64,000 nucleotides of DNA from an uncultured Gemmatimonadales bacterium (GCA_963740175.1 CAVUDL010000018.1:1381-65380), one strand, 5' to 3'. Positions 27,177-37,777 are shown, numbered from the stretch's first letter. Numbers and translations are program-made. Notes: a model not told the origin generated them from the letters alone.

Positions 27177-29519
27177 CTAGGAGCTGAGGGAGGGCCGTGC
27201 CGCTTCGGTCGAATCGAGCACATCCTGAACCATCCTGACCAGCGCTTGCGGTGTAAACGGCTTTTCGAGGAAGAGAACGCCCGCTTCCAGCAGGCCCCGC
27301 CGGGCCAGATCATCATCGGTATACCCGGACATGAAGATGATGGGCAAGTTGGGCCGGCTCTGGGAGAGCCGTTGTGCCAGCTCGCGGCCGCCCAGCTCCG
27401 GCATCGCCAGATCGGTGATGACCACGTCAACCTGATGGGGCTGCGCCAACGTCCTAAGTGCCTGATTGCCATCGGCGGCGTCGAGCACCTCAAAACCCGC
27501 ATCCGTAAGGGATCGCTTCGCGATGGTGCGCACCAGGGGATCATCCTCGACCACCAGCACGGTCGCGCCCTTGGAGGTCATCGGCTGTTCTAGAATCGGA
27601 TCCGCTGGCACCGGCAAGGTTTCAGTGACTGAGGGCAGGTAGATCTTGAAAGTCGTTCCCAGCCCCGTTTCGCTGTACGGCCAGATATATCCGCCGCTCT
27701 GCTTCACGATTCCGTAGACCATCGCCAGGCCCAGCCCGCTGCCTTTGCCGACTCCCTTCGTGGTAAAGAAGGGTTCGAACAGATGCTTGAGGGTTTCCCG
27801 GTCCATCCCATGGCCGGTGTCGGTGATGGTCAGAACTGAGAAGGGACCAGGACTGAGCACGACCTCAGGCCGAAGGCCGGATTCCGCCGTCAGCTGCGTG
27901 CTGCGGGTTCCGATCGTGAGCACTCCGCCCTGGGGCATGGCGTCACGGGCATTGATGGTCAGGTTCAGGAGGACCTGATCGAGCTGAACCGGATCGGCAC
28001 GGACCGCTGGGATCCCTGGGGTCAGCTGCAGGACTAGTTTCTGGGACTCGGTGAGCGTCCGCCGGAGGATAGGCTCCAGCTTCTTGACGACCTGGTTCAG
28101 GTCCACGGCTTGGGGCTGAAGGATTTGACGGCGACTGAATGCCAGCAGCTGGCGAGTGATGGATGCGGTGCGCTCCGCCGCGGCACGGATGTACTCCGCA
28201 TCCTGGCGCACCTGGGGGGGCACATCGGCGCGGCGCAGGATAAACTCCGTAGCGCCGAGCACGACCGACATCTGATTGTTGGCTTCGTGGGCCATCCCGC
28301 CCGCCAGCTGTCCCACGACCTCCATACGCTCCGCCTGACGGATCCGCTCTTCAGCACGATGGCGCTCGGTCAGATCCAGAATGAAGAAGGCCAGATCGTC
28401 CCGATCGGAGCTCAGTCGCGCCGCGCCCACCAGGACCGGCACTTTGCTGCCGTCCTTTCGGAGAAATTCCTTCTCGTACGGAGTGCAGGAGCCGGTCCGA
28501 AGCAGCTCGTCGGCAGCCCGCCGGTCATTTTCCTCGCCTGTCTTGGTCCAGAGTCGATCTCGCCGCAGCAGCCCCTGTTGCAGGTCAGTGCGGTCGTAGC
28601 CCAGCATCGCCAGCAGGGCATCGTTCGCATCGGTCACGATCTCACGGTTCCAGAACGCGATGCCGATCAGACCCGACGCGAACACCCCTCTAAACCGGGC
28701 CTCGCTAGCCAGCACCGCCTCCTCGGCCCGTTTCATCGACGTGATGTCGCGCTGTGACCCCCACGCGCGAACCAGGTGTCCGTCGACTACGATGCCGACC
28801 ATGTTGTTCAGGAAGAAGCGGTCGCTCCCATCCTTCCCCACCTCGTGAGACTCCGCGTCAGTGAGGTGATAGCCGGACCGAACGAACTCGTGCAGGAACT
28901 CCAGGTTCCGGGGATCCGAACGGGGCAGCAGATCGGCCAGGCGAGCTCCAACCAAGTCCGCCGCTCTGTTAAAGCCATACATCTGTGCCATCACATCATT
29001 GCACTCCGCCAACTCGCCGATCGCATAAAAACGGTCGATCTGGGCTTCGGGCGGCAAGCTGATGGGAACTGGGTCCGGGAGCTCGATGCGCCAGACCCCC
29101 TCGGCGGTACGTTCCACGAGGGCACGGTAGCGATCCTGGCTCTTTCTGGCTTCCTCCGTGGCCGACGCGGCGCGAGCGAGGCTCCTGAGCCGGGATTCTC
29201 CGAATAGCGCCGCGAAGATCCCGGTCAACACGAAAAGGCCGGCGCCAGCCTGTGCTACCGGATCGGCCAGGGCCAGCGTGAATGTGGGTGCCATGAAGAA
29301 GCAGAGGGCCGAGACCACCCCCATCGCGGTAGCCAGCAGACCGGGGCCCAACCCGCCAGTCCACGCCGCGACGAAGATGGCTGGAAAGAGAGTAATAAAC
29401 GGCAGCTGATAGCCCAGGAGCGGGGCCAGAAGCATCCGCGCCCCCACCATCAGAAGCGTGACGATGACGGCAAGTGCGTACCACTTGAGGGGGTTCTGCT
29501 GAGAGGCTGGTCGAAGCAC
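27177..29519 (-). CDS. Membrane hybrid sensor kinase (DUF4118-PAS-PAS-HisKA-HATPase-REC)
   Basis: Four N-terminal hydrophobic helices; AGGMAHEANN; FFTTKGVGKGSGLGL; C-terminal REC. Confidence 0.92.
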   Translation of the reverse strand: MLRPASQQNPLKWYALAVIVTLLMVGARMLLAPLLGYQLPFITLFPAIFVAAWTGGLGPGLLATAMGVVSALCFFMAPTFTLALADPVAQAGAGLFVLTGIFAALFGESRLRSLARAASATEEARKSQDRYRALVERTAEGVWRIELPDPVPISLPPEAQIDRFYAIGELAECNDVMAQMYGFNRAADLVGARLADLLPRSDPRNLEFLHEFVRSGYHLTDAESHEVGKDGSDRFFLNNMVGIVVDGHLVRAWGSQRDITSMKRAEEAVLASEARFRGVFASGLIGIAFWNREIVTDANDALLAMLGYDRTDLQQGLLRRDRLWTKTGEENDRRAADELLRTGSCTPYEKEFLRKDGSKVPVLVGAARLSSDRDDLAFFILDLTERHRAEERIRQAERMEVVGQLAGGMAHEANNQMSVVLGATEFILRRADVPPQVRQDAEYIRAAAERTASITRQLLAFSRRQILQPQAVDLNQVVKKLEPILRRTLTESQKLVLQLTPGIPAVRADPVQLDQVLLNLTINARDAMPQGGVLTIGTRSTQLTAESGLRPEVVLSPGPFSVLTITDTGHGMDRETLKHLFEPFFTTKGVGKGSGLGLAMVYGIVKQSGGYIWPYSETGLGTTFKIYLPSVTETLPVPADPILEQPMTSKGATVLVVEDDPLVRTIAKRSLTDAGFEVLDAADGNQALRTLAQPHQVDVVITDLAMPELGGRELAQRLSQSRPNLPIIFMSGYTDDDLARRGLLEAGVLFLEKPFTPQALVRMVQDVLDSTEAARPSLSS

Positions 29520-29791
29520 CGGAGGCCGGGATGCGGGTGAGGCCGCGACGGAGTTAGAGCGGCTCAGCAGTGTGGTACCGAATACATGTAAGTAGGGCCG
29601 GCACCCTCAGGCAAGTCTGTGGTGGGGGGAAGGCGGGAGTGCGGTGCATGCGGCAGAGTGCGGGAGTCCGGCGGGGACACGGGGCGGCGCAGCCGGTTGC
29701 AGGTTGGGTGATAAAGTACGGCTGCACTTTCGCTTGGCCGGTCCAAGTCGAGGCATGGCAATACGGCATTCGGGTTGCGCCCGGAAGCTTC

Positions 29792-29953
29792 ATGCTCCTC
29801 CTCTTTCTGTTCACCGTATGGGCCGTTCTGTTGATAGCCGTCTGCGCGGTATGCGCGGCGGGAGGCCGGGCTGATGAGGGACGGGACCGATGGTATGCCG
29901 AGCTGCAGAAACAGAAAGAGGGGTCAGACAAGACTGGCAAGGACGCCGCCTGA
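29792..29953 (+). CDS. Small single-pass membrane protein
   Basis: MLLLFLFTVWAVLLIAVCAVCAAGGRADE..., hydrophobic helix plus charged tail. Confidence 0.5.
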   Translation: MLLLFLFTVWAVLLIAVCAVCAAGGRADEGRDRWYAELQKQKEGSDKTGKDAA

Positions 29954-30262
29954 GGTTGCTTCGACCCGGACTTAATTAGCTGGCGCTTCAGGAGAGAGGA
30001 GAGGGTGGGAGCGCACCAGAGAGTGTGTGGTGTCCCCGGCCTACGGTTCGATCCGCTTTTGCTCGACTGTCTTACCCGGATCTACTGCGCTTGCGCTCTA
30101 CCACCGAGAATCAAGATAGGCGCTCACGCGGGCGTCGCTGGGTTGCAGATCACATTGGAAGGAGACCTATGCCGAGCGCTCGAGTTGCTCCAGTGTGAGC
30201 GGCGCCCACGCAGAAACCCCGCCAGCTCCAGAGAGAGATGACGGGGTCATTGCCGTGGCCAG

Positions 30263-30336
30263 TGGGCCCGGCGCGACTCGAACGCGCGACCTCTTGCTCC
30301 GGAGGCAAGCGCTCTATCCAACTGAGCTACGGACCC
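30263..30336 (-). tRNA. tRNA-Arg(CCG)
   Basis: Cloverleaf GGGTCCGTAGCTCAGTTGGATAGAGC..CTTGC-CTCCGGA-GCAAG..GTTCGAGTC. Confidence 0.95.
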
Positions 30337-30441
30337 TGAGGCTAGCTAACATAGTCGGGTCCGGACCCCGCTGGTAGCATCTGACACCGCTCCGGACCAA
30401 CCGTCACGATCTTCGCCAGTAAGGGTACGCCCGCTGCATTG

Positions 30442-31933
30442 CTATTGCGACAGAACCATCTCGGAAATGTCGGGCGCGCACACCTTGAGGTCAGTTACGT
30501 CTTTATGCTGACCGGACAGCCAGACCGACTCGCCATCGATTCCCTCCGGCAGCGGCACCCCCAGCCATCCGAGCATAGCCGGGAATAGATCTACCGTGCG
30601 AATCGGGTGGCTCGGGATCGGCTGGCTGGACCAAACCGGCGTCTGCATGTGGGAACGAATCAGGCTCCCGTGGCCCCAGCGATGCTCGGGGAGCTCGAAC
30701 CTGCCCCGGAAGTCGAACCCCTCACGCGCGACGACAAGCAGGTCCCCCGATCGCGGACTGCGGAATTGATCGAATAGATTGAAAACGGCATCCGGAAACG
30801 CCTCGTCCCAGGTAGCCTCCAGCCACTGCCGTGCTGTCCCGCTCCGAGCCCCCCTTAGCAGGAGCGGATCTCCCGAGACCGGCTGATAGGTGAGCTGGCC
30901 CTCGCGGCTCGTGAGCCGGGCCGCACCACTCTCGCTTTCCACCCAGATGCCGCCGAGCTCCGATTCGGCCGCGACAAATGCCACCGACGGCTCCTGCACC
31001 AACGACGAGATCAGGTCCATACCGGAGCCAAACGTTTCCGGCTGGCGTAACCGCTCGATCGGCCAGCGCTCCTGTCGTGGATTACCAGGGCCGGGCATAC
31101 ACCATGGCAGATCCGTTTCCGGCAACCATCACAGCTGCCCTTGGCCGCCGCTCCCACACGACCGGGTGAGATAGCGTCGGCACACCCTGGGCGCGGAACC
31201 AGTCCGCCAGGTCGAGGTGCGTATGGACTGCGGAGGAGCCGTGGTCGCTTACCAGGAGGATCAGGCTGTCCTCGAGCTGACCCTGGCTCAGCAGCTGGCG
31301 ACGGAGCCGGCCGACCGTTGCATCCACCCGAGCCAGTGCCTGGTAGACCGGCTCTGAGTGCGCGCCGGACTGATGGGTATAGCCATCCACAGCGGGGAAC
31401 TGCGCAAAGACAAAGCGCGAGCTTCCCGCGGCTGCCCGGAGAAGGTGCCGAGCCACGGCGTTGTCCGAGGGTTGGTGCCACATGGCCATGTGGGCCACCG
31501 TTCCCCAGATCTGCCGTTCGCGGCGCGAGGGATCTCTCTCCGGGGTCAGTCCTCGGGCGATGGGCGTGAAGATTCCGATGCTCTCCGGGACCAGCTCAAA
31601 GATGGTACGGATCTCGGGCCTGATATCGGTATCGAGCATCGGTGCCTGGTAACCGCAATAGCTCCGAACCGCCTTCCGGTCCCGCCACCACCGCCCGCTG
31701 TAGGCGGAACGGTCCAGCCAGCGGATCGACGGGACATCGCAGTGTCCCGGCGTGCATCCGGTCAGGAAGGGGAGGTATGACACACTGGTCGTGGACGGAA
31801 ACCCGGTGATCGCATGGGTTCGCCCGCCCTGCTCCAGCATTGCCGCCAGGTGAGGCAAGTGTCCGGCCGACAAGCGAGCCTCGGCAACGTCCGGTCGCAA
31901 TCCGTCGACCAGCAACAAAAAACAGCGCTTCAC
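30442..31933 (-). CDS. Alkaline phosphatase superfamily (nucleotide pyrophosphatase/phosphodiesterase-like); frameshift near 31090
   Basis: LLLVDGLRPD, FPSTT, VDGYTH, VSDHG and GHGSL...RTVDLFP. Confidence 0.85.
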
Positions 31934-32210
31934 GCCTCCTCCGGCAGGGTTCAGGTGATGTTATCGGCAGTGCCGGCTCCCAGAGCGGACAGCCCACCGG
32001 CACCGCCAGCAGCGAGTGTGCTGCGGGGGGGAAGAGCTTCAAGGTGTTTGGAAGCTAGGCAGCGCTGTCCTCGTGCGGTAGGCGTAGCGGTAACGATGAA
32101 ACCCGTACCCCGGTGAAACGCGCGACCTTTAGGGGGGGCTTGACAGTTACTTGACGGGCCGGCTGTTAGTTTAAGGCTGGTGGTCCTAGTTCCGCTTTTA
32201 AGGAGGATGC

Positions 32211-33269
32211 ATGTACCGTCCCCGGTCGCTCATACTTGGTCTGCTGACCCTTGGCGCGTGCGGTGAGAACTCGAGCCCGACCCAGCCCGAAACGGAAGTC
32301 GATCCCGCGCCGGCTGCCGCAACGCCCGCTGTGGCCTCGAACACCTGGACTCTGAAGGCGGCCTATCCGGCGGTGTTCGGTGCAATCGGCGTCTCCGCTG
32401 GGGTGTTCCCCAACGCGGCCGGACAATCCGTCGTCTATACCATTGGCGGTACAGACGGGGAGGGAGGCTCGGGGGTCCAGGTGGTGGCCTACAACGTGGC
32501 TACGAATACCTGGACAGGGAAAGGTTCTGACACTCGCGTGTACGTATTCAACACCAACGGGGTGGGTAAGATCGGGAATAAGTTGTACTTCTCGGGCGGT
32601 CGCGACTACGGCAACGGCTACGACGCCATCGTCGGGGCGGTCTGGGCCTACGACCCAGCCGCCAATACTCTGACCCAGAAGGCCGGCATGCCGAAGGCCA
32701 CCGCCGAGGGCATCACGGGCGTGATCGACGGCAAGCTCTACGTGCTTCCCGGTAACTGCTCCTACGACAACTACCCCCAGCCAGGCTACTGTGAAACCGA
32801 GCCGTTCCGGCGCCTTTTCCGCTACAATCCCGCGACGAACTACTGGGCCACCAAGCGGCCAGCCCCGCATTATCACGCGCACGGCGCCGGTGGAGTCATC
32901 AACGGCAAGTTCTTCGTTGCTGGCGGCATCGACAATCTCGGCAACCCGGTGGCCGCACTCGATCGCTACGATCCAGCGACGGACACCTGGAAGACGCTCG
33001 CACCGTTGCCCTCGGCAGGCTCGGCTCGGGGGGCCGTGCTCCAGGGCAAGCTCTTCGTGGTCGTCAGCGGGGCGACCGCGCATCGCGCCTACGCCTACAA
33101 TCCGACGACTAACACGTGGAGCCCCAAGGCCGCACCCAAATTCGCGCACCCTGCACTCGTTCAGGTCACGCTGGGTGGCACGCCCCGTCTTCTCGCGATT
33201 GGGGGTGTCCGACGGGTGCCAGACCCGCCATATACCGTACCAGTCGAGAGTGAGCTATACACGCCATAG
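32211..33269 (+). CDS. Kelch-repeat beta-propeller lipoprotein
   Basis: AGGAGG SD; lipobox LGAC; six GG...YxPxxNTW-type repeats. Confidence 0.9.
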   Translation: MYRPRSLILGLLTLGACGENSSPTQPETEVDPAPAAATPAVASNTWTLKAAYPAVFGAIGVSAGVFPNAAGQSVVYTIGGTDGEGGSGVQVVAYNVATNTWTGKGSDTRVYVFNTNGVGKIGNKLYFSGGRDYGNGYDAIVGAVWAYDPAANTLTQKAGMPKATAEGITGVIDGKLYVLPGNCSYDNYPQPGYCETEPFRRLFRYNPATNYWATKRPAPHYHAHGAGGVINGKFFVAGGIDNLGNPVAALDRYDPATDTWKTLAPLPSAGSARGAVLQGKLFVVVSGATAHRAYAYNPTTNTWSPKAAPKFAHPALVQVTLGGTPRLLAIGGVRRVPDPPYTVPVESELYTP

Positions 33270-33319
33270 CGCAGGGTGTTCGAAGGATTTGATATCCGGA
33301 CAGTACCGCATCACAACGA

Positions 33320-33353
33320 GAGGCCCCGTCAACTATACATTGACGGGGCTCTG
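33320..33353. terminator. Hairpin between the convergent Kelch gene and tRNA-Pro
   Basis: GCCCCGTCAA-ctataca-TTGACGGGGC. Confidence 0.6.
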
Positions 33354-33364
33354 TTCTATCTCGA

Positions 33365-33439
33365 TCGGGGCGCCCGGATTTGAACCGGGGACCTCCTGCT
33401 CCCGAAGCAGGCGCGCTAACCGGGCTGCGCTACGCCCCG
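33365..33439 (-). tRNA. tRNA-Pro(CGG)
   Basis: CGGGGCGTAGCGCAGCCCGG..CCTGC-TTCGGGA-GCAGG..GGTTCAAATCC. Confidence 0.96.
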
Positions 33440-33450
33440 TCTCCACAACA

Positions 33451-33543
33451 GTAAGCGGTAACAGCAAAACGTGAGCGGTAAGCGGGGGCGGCCGAGGGAA
33501 GAGTCCCGCTCACCGCTTACGCTATTTCTACCCCGCTCACGCT
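33451..33543. repeat. Palindromic microsatellite hairpin, 7-nt unit (GT(A/G)AGCG / CGCT(T/C)AC)
   Basis: GTAAGCGGTA..GTGAGCGGTAAGCG versus CGCTCACCGCTTACGC..CGCTCACGC. Confidence 0.75.
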
Positions 33544-33555
33544 TTTGGATTTAGA

Positions 33556-33629
33556 TGCGCCCTGAGGGACTCGAACCCCCAGCCTTTTGATCCGTAGTCA
33601 AATGCTCTATCCAATTGAGCTAAGGGCGC
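33556..33629 (-). tRNA. tRNA-Arg(ACG)
   Basis: Anticodon arm TTTGA-CTACGGA-TCAAA; normal cloverleaf. Confidence 0.96.
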
Positions 33630-33632
33630 CCA

Positions 33633-33706
33633 TGGGCGGTACAAGACTCGAACTTGTGACCTCCACGATGTCAACGTGGCGCTCTAACCAACTGAGCTAA
33701 CCGCCC
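33633..33706 (-). tRNA. tRNA-Val(GAC)
   Basis: Anticodon arm CCACG-TTGACAT-CGTGG. Confidence 0.96.
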
Positions 33707-33710
33707 GTCT

Positions 33711-33835
33711 GGGGGAGGACGGAGAAGGCGGAGAGGACGGAGAGGGCGGTGTGCTGGCTCCGCGATACGGCAGGCCTGCCCTCGCGGGAGCAACCCATCC
33801 GTCCTCTCCGACGTCTCCGCCCTCTCCGTCCTTCC
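33711..33835. repeat. Palindromic microsatellite hairpin, 9-nt unit (GGAGAGGAC / GTCCTCTCC)
   Basis: GGAGGACGGAGAAGGCGGAGAGGACGGAGAGGGCGG versus CCGTCCTCTCCGACGTCTCCGCCCTCTCCGTCCTTCC. Confidence 0.8.
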
Positions 33836-33838
33836 AAG

Positions 33839-33912
33839 TAGCGGGGGTGGGATTTGAACCCACGACCTCCGGGTTATGAGCCCGGCGAGCTACCAGACTG
33901 CTCCACCCCGCG
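33839..33912 (-). tRNA. Initiator tRNA-fMet(CAT)
   Basis: Unpaired C1 at the acceptor end; anticodon arm CCGGG-CTCATAA-CCCGG with three G-C pairs. Confidence 0.95.
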
Positions 33913-34020
33913 ACGTATGCTTCAGACCCGCCACTTCCGCGCCGATACTCTGGCTAACCCCGGGTCCGTCCGACAGTTGAGGTTTTGGCTAGCCACCTGG
34001 GCCGGCCTGCCGCCTCCGAG

Positions 34021-34093
34021 AGCGGGAAACGGGACTCGAACCCGCGACCCCAACCTTGGCAAGGTTGTGCTCTACCAACTGAGCTATTCCCGC
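34021..34093 (-). tRNA. tRNA-Gly(GCC)
   Basis: GCGGGAATAGCTCAGTTGG..CAACC-TTGCCAA-GGTTG. Confidence 0.96.
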
Positions 34094-34173
34094 GAAGCGG
34101 ATGATCTTAGCGTGCCGCCCGTCGCCGCGCAACGACCCGCATCCCGGGACGCCAGCCGGCCGAAGAGGGGCCA

Positions 34174-34246
34174 TGGAGGCGAGGGGGATCGAACCCCTGA
34201 CCTCGTGAATGCCATTCACGCGCTCTCCCAACTGAGCTACGCCCCC
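34174..34246 (-). tRNA. tRNA-Ala(GGC)
   Basis: CGTGA-ATGGCAT-TCACG anticodon arm; G3:U70 pair. Confidence 0.96.
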
Positions 34247-34299
34247 GCGGATTTTTCCCATCTTCGTACGGCGCCAACGCAGCACGGAAACGTAGTCCT

Positions 34300-35193
34300 A
34301 TGAGCAAAGAGCCGCAACGCCGGCGTACGCGCCGAAATGATGCCAAACGCATTGGCGTGTTCGAGTCCGAACGCGACATCCTCGACCAGTATCTATACGA
34401 GGTTGCCAAGACCCCACTCCTGAGCCCTCAGGAGGAGGTGGTGATCGCCCGCCGGATCGCGAGCGGAGACCCTGATGCCATGCACGAGCTGATCCGCGCC
34501 AACCTGCGGTTCGTCATCTCGGTGGCGAAGAAGTACCAGAACCGGGGCATGGCCCTCTCGGACCTGATTGGCGAAGGGAACGTCGGACTCCTGACCGCGG
34601 CCCGGAAGTTCGATCCCGACCAGGGAGTCAAGTTCATCTCCTACGCCGTCTGGTGGATCCGGCAGGCCATCCTCGCCGCGCTGGCGCGGCAGGGCCGCAC
34701 GGTTCGGGTCCCCCTGAACCGCACCGCCGACCTTTCCCGGATCGTCCGCAGCGCCGAGACCCTTCGTCAGGAGCTGGAACGGCAGCCCAGCCCGGAAGAG
34801 ATCGCCCACGCCACCGGCCTCACGGTGGAAGTGGTCCAATCGCTGGCGACGCTGAATTCGGCCGACGTGCGCCTCGATGCGCCGGTCGAGGGCGAGGGAG
34901 AGCGCTCCCTCAGCGATCGATTTGTGGCGGACGAGGCGAGCGCCCCGGAAGCCCAGGTAATGGACCAGCTCCTCATCGAAGAGATCGACCGCGCGCTGAA
35001 AGCGCTCCCCCCGCGCGATGCCAAGGTTCTGCGGCTGTACTTCGGGCTGAACGACGGCCGGGAACATACCCTCGAGGAGATCGGCGGCCTGCTGGGCGTC
35101 ACCCGCGAACGCGTGCGGCAGCTGCGGGACCGGGCCCTCAAGCGCCTGCGTGACGGCGAGATGGGCCGGGCATTGGCGAGCTTCGCCGCATGA
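34300..35193 (+). CDS. RNA polymerase sigma-70 factor, RpoD/SigA family (short, no region 1.1)
   Basis: ANLRFVISVAKKY, KFISYAVWWIRQAI and TLEEIG...TRERVRQ. Confidence 0.95.
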   Translation: MSKEPQRRRTRRNDAKRIGVFESERDILDQYLYEVAKTPLLSPQEEVVIARRIASGDPDAMHELIRANLRFVISVAKKYQNRGMALSDLIGEGNVGLLTAARKFDPDQGVKFISYAVWWIRQAILAALARQGRTVRVPLNRTADLSRIVRSAETLRQELERQPSPEEIAHATGLTVEVVQSLATLNSADVRLDAPVEGEGERSLSDRFVADEASAPEAQVMDQLLIEEIDRALKALPPRDAKVLRLYFGLNDGREHTLEEIGGLLGVTRERVRQLRDRALKRLRDGEMGRALASFAA

Positions 35194-35235
35194 CGGGCCC
35201 GCTGGTCCCCACTCCCGATTCACGGCCGTAACTCC

Positions 35236-36021
35236 GTGACCCTCCCCACCTTCCGCAGCGAGCCTCTGCTTACCGCGGCCAGTGCCGGGACTCGGGACGG
35301 CTTCATTGCCCATGTAGGGCGTCGCAGTCTGGAAGCGGGACGGGCCTTGGCCGACGTATCCACCTGGGCCCCACTCCTGGCGATCCAGATGCGGCGCCTG
35401 GGCGTGGACTCGGTGCCGATCGCCCTCTTTATCGCGGTCTTCACCGGGATCGTGCTCTCCCTCCTCTCCTCATACATCTTCACCGGTGCCGTCCCGCTCT
35501 ACTTCGTGGGGGCCCTGGTCGGCAAGACGATCATGATGGAGCTGGGCCCAGTGCTGACCGGGATGGCCCTGGCCGGCAGGGTCGGAGCCAGCATCGCCGC
35601 CGAACTGGGAACCATGAAGGTCAGCGAGCAGGTGGATGCGCTGGAAACCCTGGCCTACGACCGCTACTCCTACCTCGTAGTCCCGCGGGTCCTGGCCGCA
35701 ACCCTGATGTTTCCGGTGGTCACCGCATTCGCGGTCGGGGTCGGGGTGGGCTCCGGCTGGATCACCGCCATCAATCTGCTCGATCTCTCGACGACGGAGT
35801 TTCTCAAGGGACTCAAGCAGTTCTACCAGTTCAAGGACGTCTGGTTCGGACTGGTAAAGAGCGCCAGCTTCGGCTTCGCGGTCGCCTTGATGGGGTGCGT
35901 GCGGGGGCTCGCGACCGAGGGCGGCGCCCAGGGAGTCGGGCAGTCCACTACCAGCGCGGTCGTACTCGGCTGCGAGGCGATTCTGGTGCTGGACGCCTTC
36001 TGGGCGCTGGTGCTTTTATGA
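35236..36021 (+). CDS. mlaE: MlaE-family ABC permease
   Basis: ELGPVLTG..AGRVGASIAAELGTMKVSEQVDAL; GGAQGVGQSTT. Confidence 0.93.
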   Translation: MTLPTFRSEPLLTAASAGTRDGFIAHVGRRSLEAGRALADVSTWAPLLAIQMRRLGVDSVPIALFIAVFTGIVLSLLSSYIFTGAVPLYFVGALVGKTIMMELGPVLTGMALAGRVGASIAAELGTMKVSEQVDALETLAYDRYSYLVVPRVLAATLMFPVVTAFAVGVGVGSGWITAINLLDLSTTEFLKGLKQFYQFKDVWFGLVKSASFGFAVALMGCVRGLATEGGAQGVGQSTTSAVVLGCEAILVLDAFWALVLL

Positions 36022-36773
36022 TAATCCTGGAGAACCTCACCAAGTCCTTCGGTCCCGGCCGGATCCTGAGAGGCCTCACGCTCGAGGTGCCCGATGGGCA
36101 GAACACCGTCATCATCGGGCCGTCGGGATCAGGGAAGAGCGTAACCCTGAAGCTGATCATGCGGCTGCTGGAGCCCGACGGGGGACGGGTCCTGGTGGAC
36201 GGGGCCGACGTAGGAGAGCTGGACCGCGACGAGCTGGCCGCATTGCGGGGACGGATCGGATTCGTCTTTCAGTTCGCCGCCCTGTTCGATTCGATGACCG
36301 TGGCCGAGAACATCCGCATGGGACTGGTCAGGCGCGGCTATGACGAGCGCACGATCCAGGAGCGGATCGAGGAGAGTCTCGATGTGGTCGAGCTGGGTGG
36401 CTGCCAGAACAAGCTTCCGGCGGAGCTGTCCGGCGGTATGCGGAAGCGGGCCGGCATCGCCCGGGCGATTGCCCTCAAGCCGCACTACATTCTGTATGAC
36501 GAGCCGACGACCGGACTGGACCCTGTCACCGCCGCCCTGATGGACCAGCTCATGGTGCGGACTCGAGATCTGGGCGTCACCGGGCTGGTAGTGACCCACG
36601 ACATGCGCAGCGCCTTCAGCGTAGGCGACCGTCTGGCCATGCTGCACGAGGGGACCATCCGCCAGACCGGCACCGCGCGCGAGATGCAGGCGTCCCACGA
36701 CCCGGTGGTGCGACAGTTCATCGAGGGCCGCCCAACTCCGGTCGCGCTGGAGCCGCGGAGGTCGGTCGGATGA
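36018..36773 (+). CDS. mlaF: MlaF-family ABC ATPase
   Basis: GPSGSGKS, LSGGMRKR and ILYDEPTTGLDP. Confidence 0.93.
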   Translation: MIILENLTKSFGPGRILRGLTLEVPDGQNTVIIGPSGSGKSVTLKLIMRLLEPDGGRVLVDGADVGELDRDELAALRGRIGFVFQFAALFDSMTVAENIRMGLVRRGYDERTIQERIEESLDVVELGGCQNKLPAELSGGMRKRAGIARAIALKPHYILYDEPTTGLDPVTAALMDQLMVRTRDLGVTGLVVTHDMRSAFSVGDRLAMLHEGTIRQTGTAREMQASHDPVVRQFIEGRPTPVALEPRRSVG

Positions 36774-37777
36774 AGCGCAGCAACGAATTCGCCGTCGGCC
36801 TGGCCGTGCTGGCCGCGCTCGCCCTGGTGATTGGCGGGGCGCTCTGGCTGAGCGAAACCGACGTCAACCAGAAGCAGGCCTCGTACAAGGCCCGCTTCCG
36901 CACCGTTGGAGGGCTCGGGGTGGGCGCGCCAGTCACTTTGAGGGGTGTCAGGGTTGGACGGGTGGAGAGCATCCGTCTGGTGGAGAACGAATGGGTGGAG
37001 ACCGATTTCAGCATCGACCGGTCGGTTGAGCTGCCCCGGAAGCCGGCTGCCATTTCGGCCTCGGCCAGTCTCTTTGGGGAGTGGAGCGCCAACATCGTGC
37101 CCCTCGAGCCACTGCCGGAGGACCCTATCATCCGCAACGCATTGATCGAGTCGGATCAGGCGGGTGGTGACGCCTGGCCCGGGGCCACCCTGCCGGACAT
37201 CGGTCAGCTCACCGCGCAGGCAAGTCGGATTGCCGGGGACGTCGGAGACATCACCCAGCGGATCGGGCAGGCGTTCGACAGCACGGCGCTCAAGAACATG
37301 CAGCAAAGCGTCAAGGATCTGGCAGCCATCTCGGCGCGACTGGTGCGCTTCGCCAATACCCAGACTGATCGGATCGATCACGTGAGCCGGAATGTGTCCA
37401 GTACGTCGGATGCCTTTACCGGTGTCGCCCACACCTTCCAGGGGGCTGTTGCGCGCCTGGATTCGGCGACCCGTGACAACCAGCTGAAGGACATTCTCGA
37501 CAACTCGAGGAGCTCCAGCGCCGACCTGCGACACGCCGCAGCCGACTTACGCTCAGTCATCGGGGCGGCTCGCGCCAATGAGGCGAGCCTGGTACGGGTC
37601 CTTCAGGCCGCCGACTCGCTGATGACCAAGATTCAGGCTGGGAACGGCACGCTCGGCATGCTCGCGTCGGATTCGACGCTCTACCAGGAGACCACGAAGA
37701 CCGTGATCCAGTTCCGCGCGCTCCTGACCGCCATTCAGGCCGACCCGAAGAAGTATCTCAAGATCTCCGTGTTCTAA
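36770..37777 (+). CDS. mlaD: MlaD/MCE family protein
   Basis: N-terminal TM helix; GL.VGAPV..RGV.VG.V MCE motif; coiled-coil tail. Confidence 0.9.
   Translation: MKRSNEFAVGLAVLAALALVIGGALWLSETDVNQKQASYKARFRTVGGLGVGAPVTLRGVRVGRVESIRLVENEWVETDFSIDRSVELPRKPAAISASASLFGEWSANIVPLEPLPEDPIIRNALIESDQAGGDAWPGATLPDIGQLTAQASRIAGDVGDITQRIGQAFDSTALKNMQQSVKDLAAISARLVRFANTQTDRIDHVSRNVSSTSDAFTGVAHTFQGAVARLDSATRDNQLKDILDNSRSSSADLRHAAADLRSVIGAARANEASLVRVLQAADSLMTKIQAGNGTLGMLASDSTLYQETTKTVIQFRALLTAIQADPKKYLKISVF

Noticed and set aside
29960-30250. 6S RNA or other ncRNA downstream of tRNA-Arg(CCG)
   Set aside because: No long central-bubble hairpin or recognisable consensus could be built by eye.
31960-32042. 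Cys-rich micropeptide upstream of the alkaline-phosphatase-family gene
   Set aside because: It requires an assumed indel in a G7 run and has no SD; too speculative.
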